A stretch of DNA of 64,000 bases from Chiloscyllium plagiosum. Taxonomy: Eukaryota. Position numbers and translations under genes: made by a program. The stretch's first letter is position 1. The number at the start of each line of letters is the position of its first letter. The stretch spans positions 2,208,343 through 2,272,342 of the forward strand of contig NC_057760.1 of NCBI RefSeq assembly GCF_004010195.1. The letters run 5' to 3'. Of this stretch, positions 39,798-51,965 are shown one piece after another. Under the pieces are notes generated by a model that was not told where the DNA came from, ran no database searches, and saw only the letters and a list, made by a program, of their open reading frames with translations.

Positions 39798-40451
39798 GCA
39801 ACCCGATAGAAGTTTATAAAGGAATGAGAGGAATAGATAGCGTTAATAATAATTGTCTTTTTCTCTAGGGTGTAGGATTTGAAGAGCTGGGGCACATGTT
39901 TTAAGGTGAGAGAAGTGAGAGTTAAAAAAAGACATGAGAGGCAATTGTTTTACACAGAGAGTGGTGCAGGTTGGAATGAACTTCCCGAGGAAGTAATGGA
40001 TGAGAGTACAATTACAACATTTGAAAGACATTTGGATAGGTCAATGAAGAGGAAAGGGTTTGGAGGGATATGGGACAGGAGCAGGTAGGTGGGACTGGTT
40101 TAGTTTGGGATTGTGTTCAGCATGGACTGGTTGGACCGAAGGGCCTGTTTCGGTGCTGTATGACTCAATGATTTTGGACTGTACTAAAAATGGATGAAGA
40201 TACTGCTTTAAACCAAGGCTACACCCTTATGTGTGGACAACACAGCAGAAACATACAGCTGGGAAGAGGAAGCATCTCTCTCTGTTTCTCTCCCTATGTA
40301 TAAAATGTCAAGCTTTCGGAGTACAGCCTTTTCATCAGGTGAAATGAAAGGGAATTTATGTAAATTCTGTGTCTGTGTGCTTCCCTCTCACTTCATCTGA
40401 CTAAAGGGCTATGCTCCGAAAGCTTGTGATTTCAAATAAACCTGTTGGACG

Positions 40452-41164
40452 TGTTGTGGGGAGAATCACCCGCCCCGGAGTCACAGTCGGGGTTCAACAA
40501 CAGGGTTTATTGTACCAGGAAATACCGGAGCTCTGGGGAGAGAAAGATACCGACAGCACAATGGTCAGCTGCAAGTCTTCTCTCAACCCAGAGCACATGT
40601 CAAGATACTTTTATACATTTTGTAATAATAGGTCAGTGATGAGGTTATTGTCTTTGTAACATGGTTTATTTATTGTGAACATTGTAGAATTGTTAATAAT
40701 TTTGATGCAGTCATTGTCAGTTCCAGCGCAGCACGGTTGTTGTCAGTTTCAGCACAGACATTGTCAGTTTCAGTGTCTGCGTGGACGTCCATTGCTATAG
40801 TAATGGGTGCTAATCGCTTTTCCTGAGAAGGATGATTCCTGCAGCCCTGGCTGTTAGCACTGTGTATTAAGTCCGTATCAAACAGTTAGCATTTCTATCA
40901 AAGGTGTTGGCTGGACCCAGAGACTTTGGCGGGCAGTGTATGCTACTCGTGTATTCTCTCCCACACCCGCCTTAACTAGTCAACTGGGTTGTGAGTGCAT
41001 TGTGCTGGCATTCTGGTGGGCCCAGGCAGTATCTGTATTTGCTCTGCTGTCTCTCTCCATATTGCAGTCCGGCGGCCATCTTGTGTGTCAAGTTGGCCAA
41101 CCGATGGCTCAGCGGCCATCTTGTGTGTCCATATGCCTAGTGTAACCCTGCCCCGTGCCATCTC
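40452..41164 (-). repeat. ERV 3' LTR (first ~10 nt of U3 missing)
   Basis: Homologous to the 5' LTR. Minus-strand TATAAAA at ~40609-40615 and AATAAA at 40506-40511; ends CA at 40452. Confidence 0.85.
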
Positions 41165-44100
41165 GGTTGTGTTGTCGGTTTTCCCTCCGGGATGACCATC
41201 TTGTCCGCCGTTCCTGTCCGTGCCTGGGGAATGGTCAATGACATGAGTTTGGTCACAGGGGTCTCTAAACAGTTTTAGTTGGGTCCAGTTCTTCCATATG
41301 CCTTTTCCTTTAATGTCTGGGCAGGCCCAGGTGTCCCACTTATTACACCATCGTATGGCCCATTCTATTTCGGGGCAAAGCCTGGGTTTGTCGGGCAGTG
41401 CTCACACCGGCTTCCTGCAGTTGGGACCTCGGGCAAGATTCTGAATTCCCCTGCCCTGTCCTTTTTTTGGCCTGTTTGTCAATTACAGATTTCCGCATCC
41501 CTTTCAATTGGGCGCTTAATTCTATCACATATCACCGAATTTAGTGGGCCCACATCAGTGCCACCTGTGATTATTGACTCTGGCCTTTCTCGGTCGGTCA
41601 TTAATTCATATGGTGTTAGCCCGGTTCCCTGATGGCTCTTAATCTCATTAGTACGGCTGGCAGCTCTTCAGCCCATGTTCTGCCTGAGGCTTGCATAGCC
41701 TTAGCTAAAGCATTTTTGAGTGTCCTATTCATTCCCTCTGGGGGTGATAGGGGATGTGAAATTTTTGTCTAATGCCGAGTAATTGGCAGACAGTCTTCAT
41801 GACCTTGTCTGTAAAATGCGTCCCTTGGTCGGAGTCGATCTGGAGGGGTAACCCCCCCCCCCCAAAACCTCGGGATTAACTCCTCCCTGAATATTCTGGC
41901 TACAGTGGTTACAGTGTAGCTTTTGCTCAGGAATACTTCTACCCACTGGGTGAATTGGTCTATGATGACCAGGCAGTACCTTTTCCCACGGGAGCATGGT
42001 ATTGGCCCTATAAAATCTATCTGAAGGTGTTCCCAGGGTCCCCTAGGTCTGGGCTGGTGTCCCATCCTAACTTTTACGGGTCTCCCTGGGTTATGTTGTG
42101 CCCAAACCATGCATCTGCGGCAGTACGTGGCCAGATCTCTCCCCATTCCCTCCCACCGCCACTCTCTCCCTAGGCTTGCTATCATGGCCTCTCTACCTGT
42201 ATGGGAGAGCGTGTGGTGCAGTTCTGTGTACATGTTGGTGCTACCACCTTGCCTGCTTGCCTCCAGACACCATCCTCCCCTTTGATTGCTCCCTACAGTC
42301 TCCATTGCTCTCTCTCATCCTGCAGGGTGTCCTCCTGGAGCTGCTGAATTTGGATAGCGTCTTTTGCTAATTCAATAGTGGCTATTGCAGCCTCGTCAAT
42401 GGTTTCCTGTTCCAGGGCTTTCTGAGCTGCTCGGTCTGCTGCCTGGTTTCCTTTGAATTTTAGCCAACCTGGACTCTGCTGGTTCCTTTTAATGGGCTTT
42501 TATTTTTATTACTACAGCCTCTTTTGGCCGTTCACTGGTACGCAATAGTGCCTGCATTTTTAATTGGTGTATGATAGGGGTTCCCCCCACTGCTCCCCCC
42601 TCCTTTTACCCCATACCACCATGTCGTCATGGACTACACTGAAAGCATATTGACTGTCTACATATATATTCACGGTTTCTCCTTTTCCTAGCTCCATTAT
42701 TTTGGTAAGTGCTACCAGTTCTGCTCCCTGTGCAGACTGACTTCCATCAATCCTTCCAGACATAACTGTTTCTAACTTATCATTTACCACAGCCCATCCA
42801 ATCGGGGCGACCCTGCTACGTATTTCTGTGACCCGTTCATGAAGAGGGTCTCCTCGGCTTTGTCGGGGCAGGGGGGGGAATATCTTTTACTCGTCCCCCT
42901 ATCTTCATCCCCATCTATATCCACACAGTTGTGCGGTTCCCCCGTGTCCAGAATTCCCTCAGCTGGGTTTTCTCCCGTATCCCTAACTATTACCACAGAC
43001 CGACTTGGGAGTAAAAGGACTGCTTCCCACTTTGCCTTTCTCATATTGGAGACAGCCCTCAATTTCCCTGTGTTTAGCATCTCTACTTGGGTGTGTTTAG
43101 TGTGTAGGGTAACATTCCCTGTCATTACTAAGGGCTCGCTGACTCTAACGGCCCAAGCAGCACAGTCTAAGGCTGCTATGCACCTGGGCAACCCGGTGAC
43201 AACTGGCCCTTCTGTATTTGAGAAGTATCCCACCGTGACCACCGTGGAGTAAAACCCTCCCTCATTATTACAGTGCATGTGAATATCCTTGCTGGGATCT
43301 GGCAGCCCTAGCCCGGGGGCCGATATGAGTTGGGTTTTAAGCTGTGCTGCCCTCTGGTAAATCTAATCTCTTCAGAATGTTGCTCATCACCCTGTGAAAA
43401 ATAGTGGGCTTTGGCAGGCGAGTCCAAGTGTACTGCCTGTCCCTTACTGTAAAGTGAATTTGTTCTGGGACTCAGGGTGTAACGGGATAGACCAGAAACT
43501 GTTGACTCTGTCTAAAATTGTAAATATCTTGTGCTCACCATTTAAAATAGTGGCGGGCTGTGCTACAATGGGTGCAATTTGGGGGTGAGCTTATTTAGTC
43601 CTGTATAATCAATGGTGAGCCTGAAGCTCCCATCAGGCTTTAGTACTGGCCACATCGGGGAATTAGTTGTACTTGTGGTTTCTTTCAGGATTCCCTGTCT
43701 CACTAGTCCTTGCACTATCTCCACAACTGCTTTTTCTGCTTTGGGTTCTATTGGGTATTGCCAGTGGGGCTTATGCTCCAGTCTGGGAACCCTTATTGGG
43801 TCTGTGTTAATTAGACCTGTATTTAACTTTGTTTCTGCCCAGGCTCTGGGTACGGAGGCGTAGATGGCTCCGAATCCCCCCTTTTCAAGGTTCGAGTCCC
43901 TACTGGTGGCCGTAGCCACTTTGTTTCAAGGTGACTTGTAAGTTTCCCAATCTCGGTCTTTCAACTGACCTGTCTGGGCCAAATCAGCTTCCCTTTTGCA
44001 CAATTGATTAGAACTTTATATTCTTTCAAGAGATCATTGCCCATTACGGTGCCATCATTATTTTAGCATACATAGAATTTCATGGGGATAGATATTGTTT

Positions 44101-44309
44101 ATTTCTACGAGGGTAGTTTCGTTTAGGTAAGCTGGCGTTTTATCCCCACCTACCCCAGTTAAGTGAATCATTTTATTTGTGTGGGGTAAGGGTAAGATTG
44201 TGATGGATACAGCTGCTCCTGTGTCTACCAGCATCTCAAATTTCCTCCCTCCTATTCCTGCGTAAATTTTCCCCTCCCCCTTACCCTCATGAATGGGGAC
44301 AGCTGGTTG
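41165..44309 (-). pseudogene. pol: ERV pro-pol (disrupted)
   Basis: Protease MLVDTGAAVS; RT NSPMWPVLKPDGSFRLTIDY and QYTWTRLP; tether VGYFS...GLPRC; RNase H SAQGAELVAL..VNIYVDSQYA; integrase HHCC-like region plus PWEHLQIDF, and a C-terminal GPY motif. Confidence 0.9.
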
Positions 44310-45878
44310 TCAGGTTCCGTGGTGTTCCACGTGGTGTTTGAGGGTGCCCCATGCTTTTCCCAGCACACTGCTTCTATGTGTCCTGTTCTTTTGCAGTGGC
44401 TGCATTATTTTACATTGCTATCTCCTGCTCGTGGGGCCCTACACTCTCTGGCAAAGTGTCCCTATTGGCCACAGTTGTGGCAGAATCGGTTTATTCTACT
44501 CTCACCTCCATTCCGGTCGGCTGCTTTGTCAGGTCTTGCCTTTGTTGCAGGAGCTTCTGCCTTCTGCACTCCCCAACCTACTCAACTAGGTCTTCTTAAT
44601 CCTGGGACATTATTACTCCCATTTTCAGGATGGCTTGGTAGGTGTTAGAGAGCCCATCTTTAAAAGCATGGCTGAATGCCTGGTTCCCCTCCAATCTGGG
44701 ATCGCTTGCCCTGAGCATTCCTGATAGACCCTAAATAATCATTTCCCATATTCAGAGGCTCCTTCCCCTTTAAGTTGCTTAGTGGTCGTGATCTTGCTCC
44801 AGTTCATGGGAGCATTTCCTAGCACCCTCCGGATTTGCTCTTTAAAGTTGGCGAAGGCGTTTGCTGGGCATCTATCTCAGCTGTAAGGGTGACGGCATGT
44901 GTCCACCATCCTCTTCCATAGTCTCGGGCTGCTGTGGCTTCGGGTCCGTCTGCTACCTGTCTCCATTTGTCCACTGGGCAGGCTGCCCGGACCAGCTGGT
45001 CTATGTCCCTCAGGTGTAGTTGGTGCCCTACCCATACACTATCCAGCTCTTTCCAGAACCTGGTGTTTGCACTCCAGGGCTGTAATTTGCCCAGGGAGGC
45101 CATAATTTGCTGCCTCTCCTCTGGGGTGAAGGGTTTATAATTCGCTTTGGGCTGTGAGTCTGTTCCTCCTCTGGTAACGGGCGCTAAGTTATACACTTGC
45201 ACGGTTCGTCCAATAGAGGGAGCTGGATGGTTTTGTAGGAGGGGAGAGAGTCAATCTCCTTTTCCTCTTTTACTTTTTCTAATCTTTGCTCTAGCTCCTT
45301 TATCCTGTCCTCCAGCTCCTCAATTTGTTCTTGTCCTTTTCTCCACCTGCTCCATCTCCACCTACTTGTTCAATTAGGCCTGCTAACTGGTGCACTAACA
45401 TTACCCTTACCTTTTTAGTTTTATTTCATTTCTGTTTATCTACCCACTGTTGTGCTAATGTCTTGGATAGATCCCAACCACTCTTCTACATTTGCTTGGT
45501 CAACCCTTGTCTGTCTGCCTTGTATTTCTCAATAAGAGAACCTGCAATATCCCCCTCAAATGGGGTGGCACGGTGGCTCAGTGTTAGCACTGCTGCCTCA
45601 CAGCACCAGGGACCCAAGGTTCCAGCCTTGGACGACAGTGTGGAGTTTGCACATTCTCCCCGTGTCCGGGTGCTCCGGTTTCCTTGCACAGTCCAAAGAT
45701 GTGCAGGTCAGGTGAATTGGCCATACTAAATTGCCTATAGTGTTAGGCGCATTCGTCACAGGGAAATGGGCCTGGGTGGGTTACTCTTTGGAGGGTCGGT
45801 GTGGACTGGTTGGGCCGAAGGGCCTATTTCCACACGGTAGGGAATCTAATAATGTAAAAAAAAACTTCGATCTGCCAT
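44252..45878 (-). pseudogene. gag: ERV gag (disrupted)
   Basis: Likely ATG at 45878, split from the rest by a SINE. Coiled-coil EQIEELEDRIKELEQRLEK, capsid MHR-like NWSKITTTKQ, and CCHC knuckles at 44441-44482 and 44363-44404. Confidence 0.8.
45561..45864 (+). mobile_element. HE1/V-SINE inserted in the ERV gag 5' end
   Basis: ggtggcacggtggctcagtgttagcactgctgcc head with an A-rich tail. Confidence 0.8.
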
Positions 45879-46799
45879 TTAGCAGAATGTGTACTCCTGG
45901 ATATTACCAACAGTAAAATGTACCCAATCCAGTGGGAACTTCTCTACCCCCTGGCCACTAATACTGTCCCAGCACCATCCATCCGGCTGTAGCAGCCTCC
46001 TAGCAAGGTGTGCTCTCTACCAGTGGGACGTCTCTACCCTCCCGGCCACCAATGCTAGTTGGTACCTACCGGTCGGCTGGGAATGCTGGCTCAATAGGGT
46101 GTGCTCTCTACCGGGACTCCTCTACCCTCTCGGCCACCTCTACTGACCCAACACCTCCCGATAGGCCCAGAAACCTACCTCTAGCCTGGTGTGCTCTCTA
46201 CCGGTGGGACTCTTTACCCTCCTGGCCACCGCCACTATTCAAGCTCTGTTGTTCTACGATGGACTGACAGGGTATCACGGTTACTCACAGTGTCCACGCT
46301 CCCTACCTCGGTAACCTGCGCTCCACTAGTCAGAGTGGTTTTTGGTCAAAGCGATCAGCTCCTCTTCTTCACCACATTGGAAATTACAACCACAGACAAC
46401 ACCCAACTTTTAACTTAAAGCGTTGTTCGCCCGACTTTGCCACTTGTGCTTCATAGCTCCGAGTGCCCTTGGCACCTCAATTTCCATCACGTTTGGGGGG
46501 GTGGCTACCCCTCTTAACAACCGGTTTAGGGCAGAGTCTTTAAGACACGCACAACCTTGTCCTCTGGCTGTTACAGCACAAGCAGCAGGTTCTTACAACA
46601 GTTAGCACAGTCAAACACTTATTCTCCACAGACATGCACTTAAAATTTTTAACTCAGTACTGGTGCAAATTAGATATTACAATCAGTATACCATTTAAAC
46701 TGTGTCCTTGGCCCAGTCTGACTCTTCCCGATTGCAGATACAAAATGGTTCTTACCCCAGTTCCCCAATCAAGGCCTTCGACCAGGGCGCCAGTAATAA

Positions 46800-46819
46800 G
46801 AACCCTGCTCGCAGCGCCA
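46800..46819 (-). other. Primer binding site complementary to tRNA-Ser(TGA)
   Basis: Plus strand gaaccctgctcgcagcgcca matches the recalled vertebrate tRNA-Ser(TGA) 3' end GAACCCTGCTCGCTGCGCCA with 1 mismatch. It lies 2 nt inside the 5' LTR end. Confidence 0.8.
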
Positions 46820-46821
46820 GT

Positions 46822-47504
46822 TGCTATGGGGAGAATGACCAGCCTCAGAGTCAGAGTCGGGGTTCAATGACAAGAGTTTATTGTACCAGGAAATACCGGA
46901 ACTCCGGGGAGAGAAAGACACCAACAGCACAGTGATCAGCTGCCAGTCTTCTCTCAACCTGGAGCACATGGTTTTGTAATAATAGGTCAGTGATGAGGTT
47001 ATTGTAACATGGTTTGTTTATGGTGAACATTGCAGAATCGTTAATAGTTTCGGTGGAGTCATTGTCAGTTCCAGAGTTTCAGTGCAGATATTGTCAGTTT
47101 CAGTGTCTGCGTGGAAGTCCATTGCTGTGGTATTGGTCACTAATCGCTTTTCCTGAGAAGGACGATTACTGCAGCCCTGGCTATTAGCACTCTGTATTGA
47201 GTCCATATCAAACTGTTAGCATTTCTATCAAAGGTGTTGGCTGGACCCAGACACTTTGGCAGGCAGTGTACGCTACTCATGTGTACTCTCTCCCCCACCC
47301 GTCTTAAACTAATCAACTGGGTTGCGAGTGCATTGTGCTGACATTCTGGTGGTCCCAGGCAGTATCTGTGTTTGCTTTGTTGTCTCTCTCCATATTGTGG
47401 TCCAGCGGCCATCTTGTGTGTCAAGTGGCCAACTGATGGCTCAACAGCCATCTTGTGTGTCCGTGTGTCTAGTGTCACCCTGCCCCATGCCACCTCCCAC
47501 TTCA
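46822..47504 (-). repeat. ERV 5' LTR (683 bp)
   Basis: Minus strand reads TGAAGTGGGAGG...CCCCATAGCA, with AATAAA at 46877-46882. Homologous to 40452-41164. Confidence 0.85.
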
Positions 47505-48300
47505 AACTATAACCTGATATCGTGTGATTTCTGACTTTGTCTACCCCAGTCCAACACTAGCAACTCCAAGTTATGTGTAAACTGCAATTACCTAACAGCT
47601 ACTCCTCTCCCTTTCTCTTTAAGTTATTCACACTGCAAATTTCTGATGAAAGGAAAAGGGCAAAACCATTTTCAGAAGCATGGAAAGCCATAGCCCAGGG
47701 GTAACTGTGGCCTTATGATCAACAGAGTTAGCATAATTTCCCATCATGCATGTCAGACTAACTTTATATAAACACCAGATCGACTTACTGTAAAAGGAAG
47801 AAGTAAAATCAGACTGTTGACCAGTCAAGTGGCTGAGGCTAAAGGTTATTCAACCTCTGCGGTTGCAAAAAGGGATAAAATAGGACTGATAAGAGGAACC
47901 ATGGAAACAAATGTCTCCTGTTCACACGAGTCTCAGAAAGATGAGCTCAGAACTATGAGGATCTTGTGCAAGGGTGGCATGACATTGACCAGTCTTGAAG
48001 ACGGGGAGAAACATTTAAAAGGATCAGAGACATCTTTTATGAGACAGAGCATTGTGAAGAGGAGACCTGAGTTCAGAACATAGAGACAAATACAACTTGT
48101 TGGAGTGAACCAGCCAGTTCATCACGCATGGGTAGTATCTAGACTCGTCTAATAAATAGCATGTAGGTTGTGTGCTTACTAAGAATTAAAGAGTTACTAA
48201 TAAACAGGAAGTTGTATTAAATTCTAATTTGGTTGTCCTTATCTGTCATGAAATTTGAGAACCCACTTCTATTCCTAGTTCTTATGAAAGGTTCTTTGCA

Positions 48301-48605
48301 GAGGCACAGTGGCTCAGTGGTTAGCACTGCTGCCTCACAGTGCTAGGGACCCGGGTCCAATTCCAGCCTTGAACGTCTGTCTGTGCAGAGTTTGCATATT
48401 CTGCCCGTGTCAGTGTGGGTTTCCTCCGGGTGCTCCGGTTTCCTCCCACAGTCCAAAGATATGCAGGTTAAGGGTGGATTGGCCGTGCTAAATTGCCTAT
48501 CGTGTTAGTCAGAGGGAAATGGGTCTGGGTGGGTTACTCTTTGGAGTGTCGGTGTGGACTTGCTTGACCAAAGGGCCTGTTTCCACACGGTAGGGAATCT
48601 ACTTT
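48301..48605 (+). mobile_element. HE1/V-SINE
   Basis: Typical head and body. Confidence 0.8.
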
Positions 48606-50219
48606 AAAAAATGAATCCTCAATTGATGAGTGAAAGACTGAGAAACAGTGTATTTGCACCATTAGTAAGGAGTTGAAAGATAACAACTCATTGAGATCTG
48701 TGACCCAGACTGGTCCCAGAACTTTATTTCTGTTTTCTTTCTTTCCCCACCCATGTTATTCATGTCTTGTCTCTTTATGTTTGTTTGTAGGTGTTAGGGA
48801 ATTTTGACAAAGAGGCAGAATTTAAGTTATTGTATTAGAAATGAGCAATTTAATTGTTTTGTTAACATTTTTAAAAATTTGATTAATAATGGGGTTTTTT
48901 TTTTGTTTATGGAGAAGACCTTGTGTGCACATCTCTTTAACCTGAATCAAACAGATAAAAATCTGACAATTCAGTTGTTTCATCAAATTTTCCATTGCAG
49001 ACAATTCTGGAATTAGTGGGATTTGATTGCAAATGAATTACTTCAGCAAGCTGTGACAGACTGCTTACTTAATGTCAGTCATGGATAAAGTTTAACTTCC
49101 TCCAGCTCAACAGTGGGAAGACTGAAGCTATTATCTTTGATCCTTACCACGATTTTCAATTCCTTACCAATACTTTTAAACTCCCTCCTCATCTTCAATC
49201 GGGCTCATGGTACCGTTCAATCCTGAGGTGAGCTCCTTATTCCAAATCCTCTCCATTACAAAGACTTCCACGTCTGCATAATCTGCCTCTCTACCGTGCC
49301 TTGGACTCTCTACAGCTCAGGCATCTCCAGATTTACTAACAGTAGTGTTGCATTAACTACAGATTGAAAGGTGAGGTCAGAGATTTCATAACTTAAAAAA
49401 CAGTTAGAATGTTGTGGAACTGTCTGCCAACATCTGTTGATAAAGTACACATTTACAGGACCTTCCAGAAAAGACTTGCTTGAAAAACAATGCATTGTAA
49501 AGTGAGTAGGGAACTCAGCCGAAGAGTTAATGAGACAACATGGCTTATGTGGGGTAAACACTTGATAAGTTATACCTTCTGTTTCTGTGCCAAAAAAGGT
49601 TTATGGTTCAAATTGTATGGAACGTAAGAGAGATTTGCAACGACTGAGCCAAGTGTTGTTACAGCGAGTCTGGACACAGTAGACAGGTGAAGACAGTTCA
49701 AAGGTCCAAAACTAGAGGGGCATCACTATTAGGTGTTTGAGAAAAGAAGCAATGGTTATGTGATAGTTAACCTTTATATACAGTGAGTACTTTAGATTCA
49801 GAATGCCCTGCCTGATAGTTTGTTGGAAGGTTCAAAGAAGCCTACAGAAGGAAATTTGTGATAACTGTGAGAGAGAAAAAAAATTGCAGCAGGTGAGTGG
49901 AATTACAAACATATGAATTATGAGTTGCTTGGCTACTTGAACCTGCTCTAACCTGCTCTGTAAATAAGCTCATGACTGATCTGTCTGTGTTTCAAGTTCC
50001 ACCTTCCCACCTATTCCTGAAAGCCTTTGATTCCTTTGTCTAACAAGAATATATCTACCTATATCTTAAAACTACTTGATTACTTCACACCTGCCAACTT
50101 CTGAAGCAGAGAGCTCCAAAGTCATAGAACCTGCTGAGGGAAAACAAATTATCTTTGTCTCTATCCTAAAAGGCAGCTCCTAATATTTTTAAGTAATGCC
50201 CCAAGTTCTAGATTCACCA

Positions 50220-51965
50220 ACAATAGAGTCATAGATGGAAACAAACCCTTTGGACCATGCCGACCAGATAGCCAAAACTGAACTAGTCCCATTTGCCTGT
50301 GTTTGGCCTATTACCCTCTAAACCATTCCTATCCATGTACTTGTCCAAATGTCTTTTAAATGTTTTAATTGTACCAGCCTCCACCACCTCCTCTGGTAGC
50401 TCATTCCATACACGCACCACACTCTGTGTGAAATAGTTACAATAGAGTCATAGACGGAAACAAACCGTTTGGACCAAGCCGACCAGATAGCCAAAACTGA
50501 ACTAGTCCCATTTGCCTGTGTTTGGCCCATTACCCTCTAAACCATTCCTATCCATGTACTTGTCCAAATGTCTTTTAAATGTTCTAATTGTACCAGCCTC
50601 CACCACCTCCTCTGGTAGCTCATTCCATACACGCACCACACTCTGTGTGAAATAGTTGCCCCTTAGGTCCCTTTTAAATCTTCCCCTCTCAACTTAAACT
50701 TATGCTCTATAAGATTGGACTCTCCTACACTGGGGGAAGGACCTTGGATTATTCACTTCATCCATGCCCTTCATCATTTTATAAACTTCTGTAAATTTAC
50801 CCCTCAACCTCCTATGCTCCGGGGAAAAAAGTCCCAGCCTATCCAGCCTCTCCTTCAAACTCAAACCCTCCAGTCTTGGTAACATCCTTTTTTGCACTCT
50901 TCCAGTTTAATAGCATTCTTCCTATGGCAGGGCGACCAGATATGTACAACTGTAACATTTTTAAAATTTTGATTTAAATTATTATTGTCAGATGTACCTA
51001 GGTACAGTGAAAAGTTTTGTTGTGTGTTGCGATAACATGACTCTTGCACTCAATGCTCTGACCCATGAAGGCAAGTATATCAAATGCCTTCTTCACCACC
51101 CTGTCTAACAACGATGACATTTTTGAGGAACTATATACCTGCACCGCTAGGTCTCTCTGTTTGAACAACAGGGTCGAGACTGTGGTGCTGGAAAAGCACA
51201 GCAGGTCAGGCAGCATCCAAGGAGCAGGAGAATCGGCAAAAGCTCTTGGGCCCTCCCATTAAGTGAATAAGCCCTGACCTGGTTTGTCATAGCAAAATGC
51301 AACAGCTCGCCTTTATCTAAATTAAATTACATCTGCCATTCCTCAGGCCACTGGCCCAGTTGATTAAGTTCCTGTTGTATCCTCAGATAATTTCCTTCAC
51401 AGTCCATTGTACCACCAATTTTGGTGTCATCCACCAACTTACTGACCATGCTTTCTATACCCTCATATATAAATGATGAACAACAGCACCGATCCTTGAG
51501 GCACACTGCTGGTGATGGGCCTCCATTCTGAACAACCCTCTACCATCACCTTCTGTCTCCTACTGTTAAGCCAATTTTGTATCCAATTGTCTAGCTCTCC
51601 CTGGATCCCACGTGATCAAACCGTACTAAAGGCCCTGCTAACGTCCATGTAGACAACATCTACCACTCTCCTTCATCTACCTTCTTGGTCATCTTTTCAA
51701 AAACTCAGGTGACAGTGAGGACTGCAGATGCTGGAGATCAGAGTCAAGATTAGAGTGGTGCTGGAAAAGCACAGCAGGTCAGGCACCATCCAAGGAGCAG
51801 GAATATTGATGTTTCGGGCAAAGGCCCTTCACCAGGAATGAAGGGCTTTTGCCCGAAAAGTCGATTTTCCTGCTTCTCGGACGCTGCCTGACCTGCTGTG
51901 CTTTCCAGCACCAGTCTAATCTTTTCAAAAACTCAATCAAGTTTGCGAGAAGTGATTTCCCACAA
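50220..51965 (-). mobile_element. CR1 fragment with nested insertions
   Basis: LDRLGLFSPEHRRLRGKFTEVYKMMKG and related motifs. Confidence 0.8.
51710..51921. mobile_element. Inverted pair of PLE tails inserted in CR1
   Basis: Palindromic arms gtgctggaaaagcacagcaggtcaggc / gcctgacctgctgtgctttccagcac. The sequence tcttttcaaaaactca occurs on both sides (TSD-like). Confidence 0.6.

Larger units (their letters stand above)
40452..47504 (-). mobile_element. Degraded endogenous retrovirus (LTR-gag-pol-LTR, no env)
   Basis: Two homologous LTRs, a PBS, and gag/PR/RT/tether/RNase H/IN motifs with stops, frameshifts and deletions. Outer termini are TG...CA. Confidence 0.92.

Noticed and set aside
47575..49060. 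Possible second solo LTR
   Set aside because: AT-rich with AATAAA, but termini and TSD could not be established by eye.
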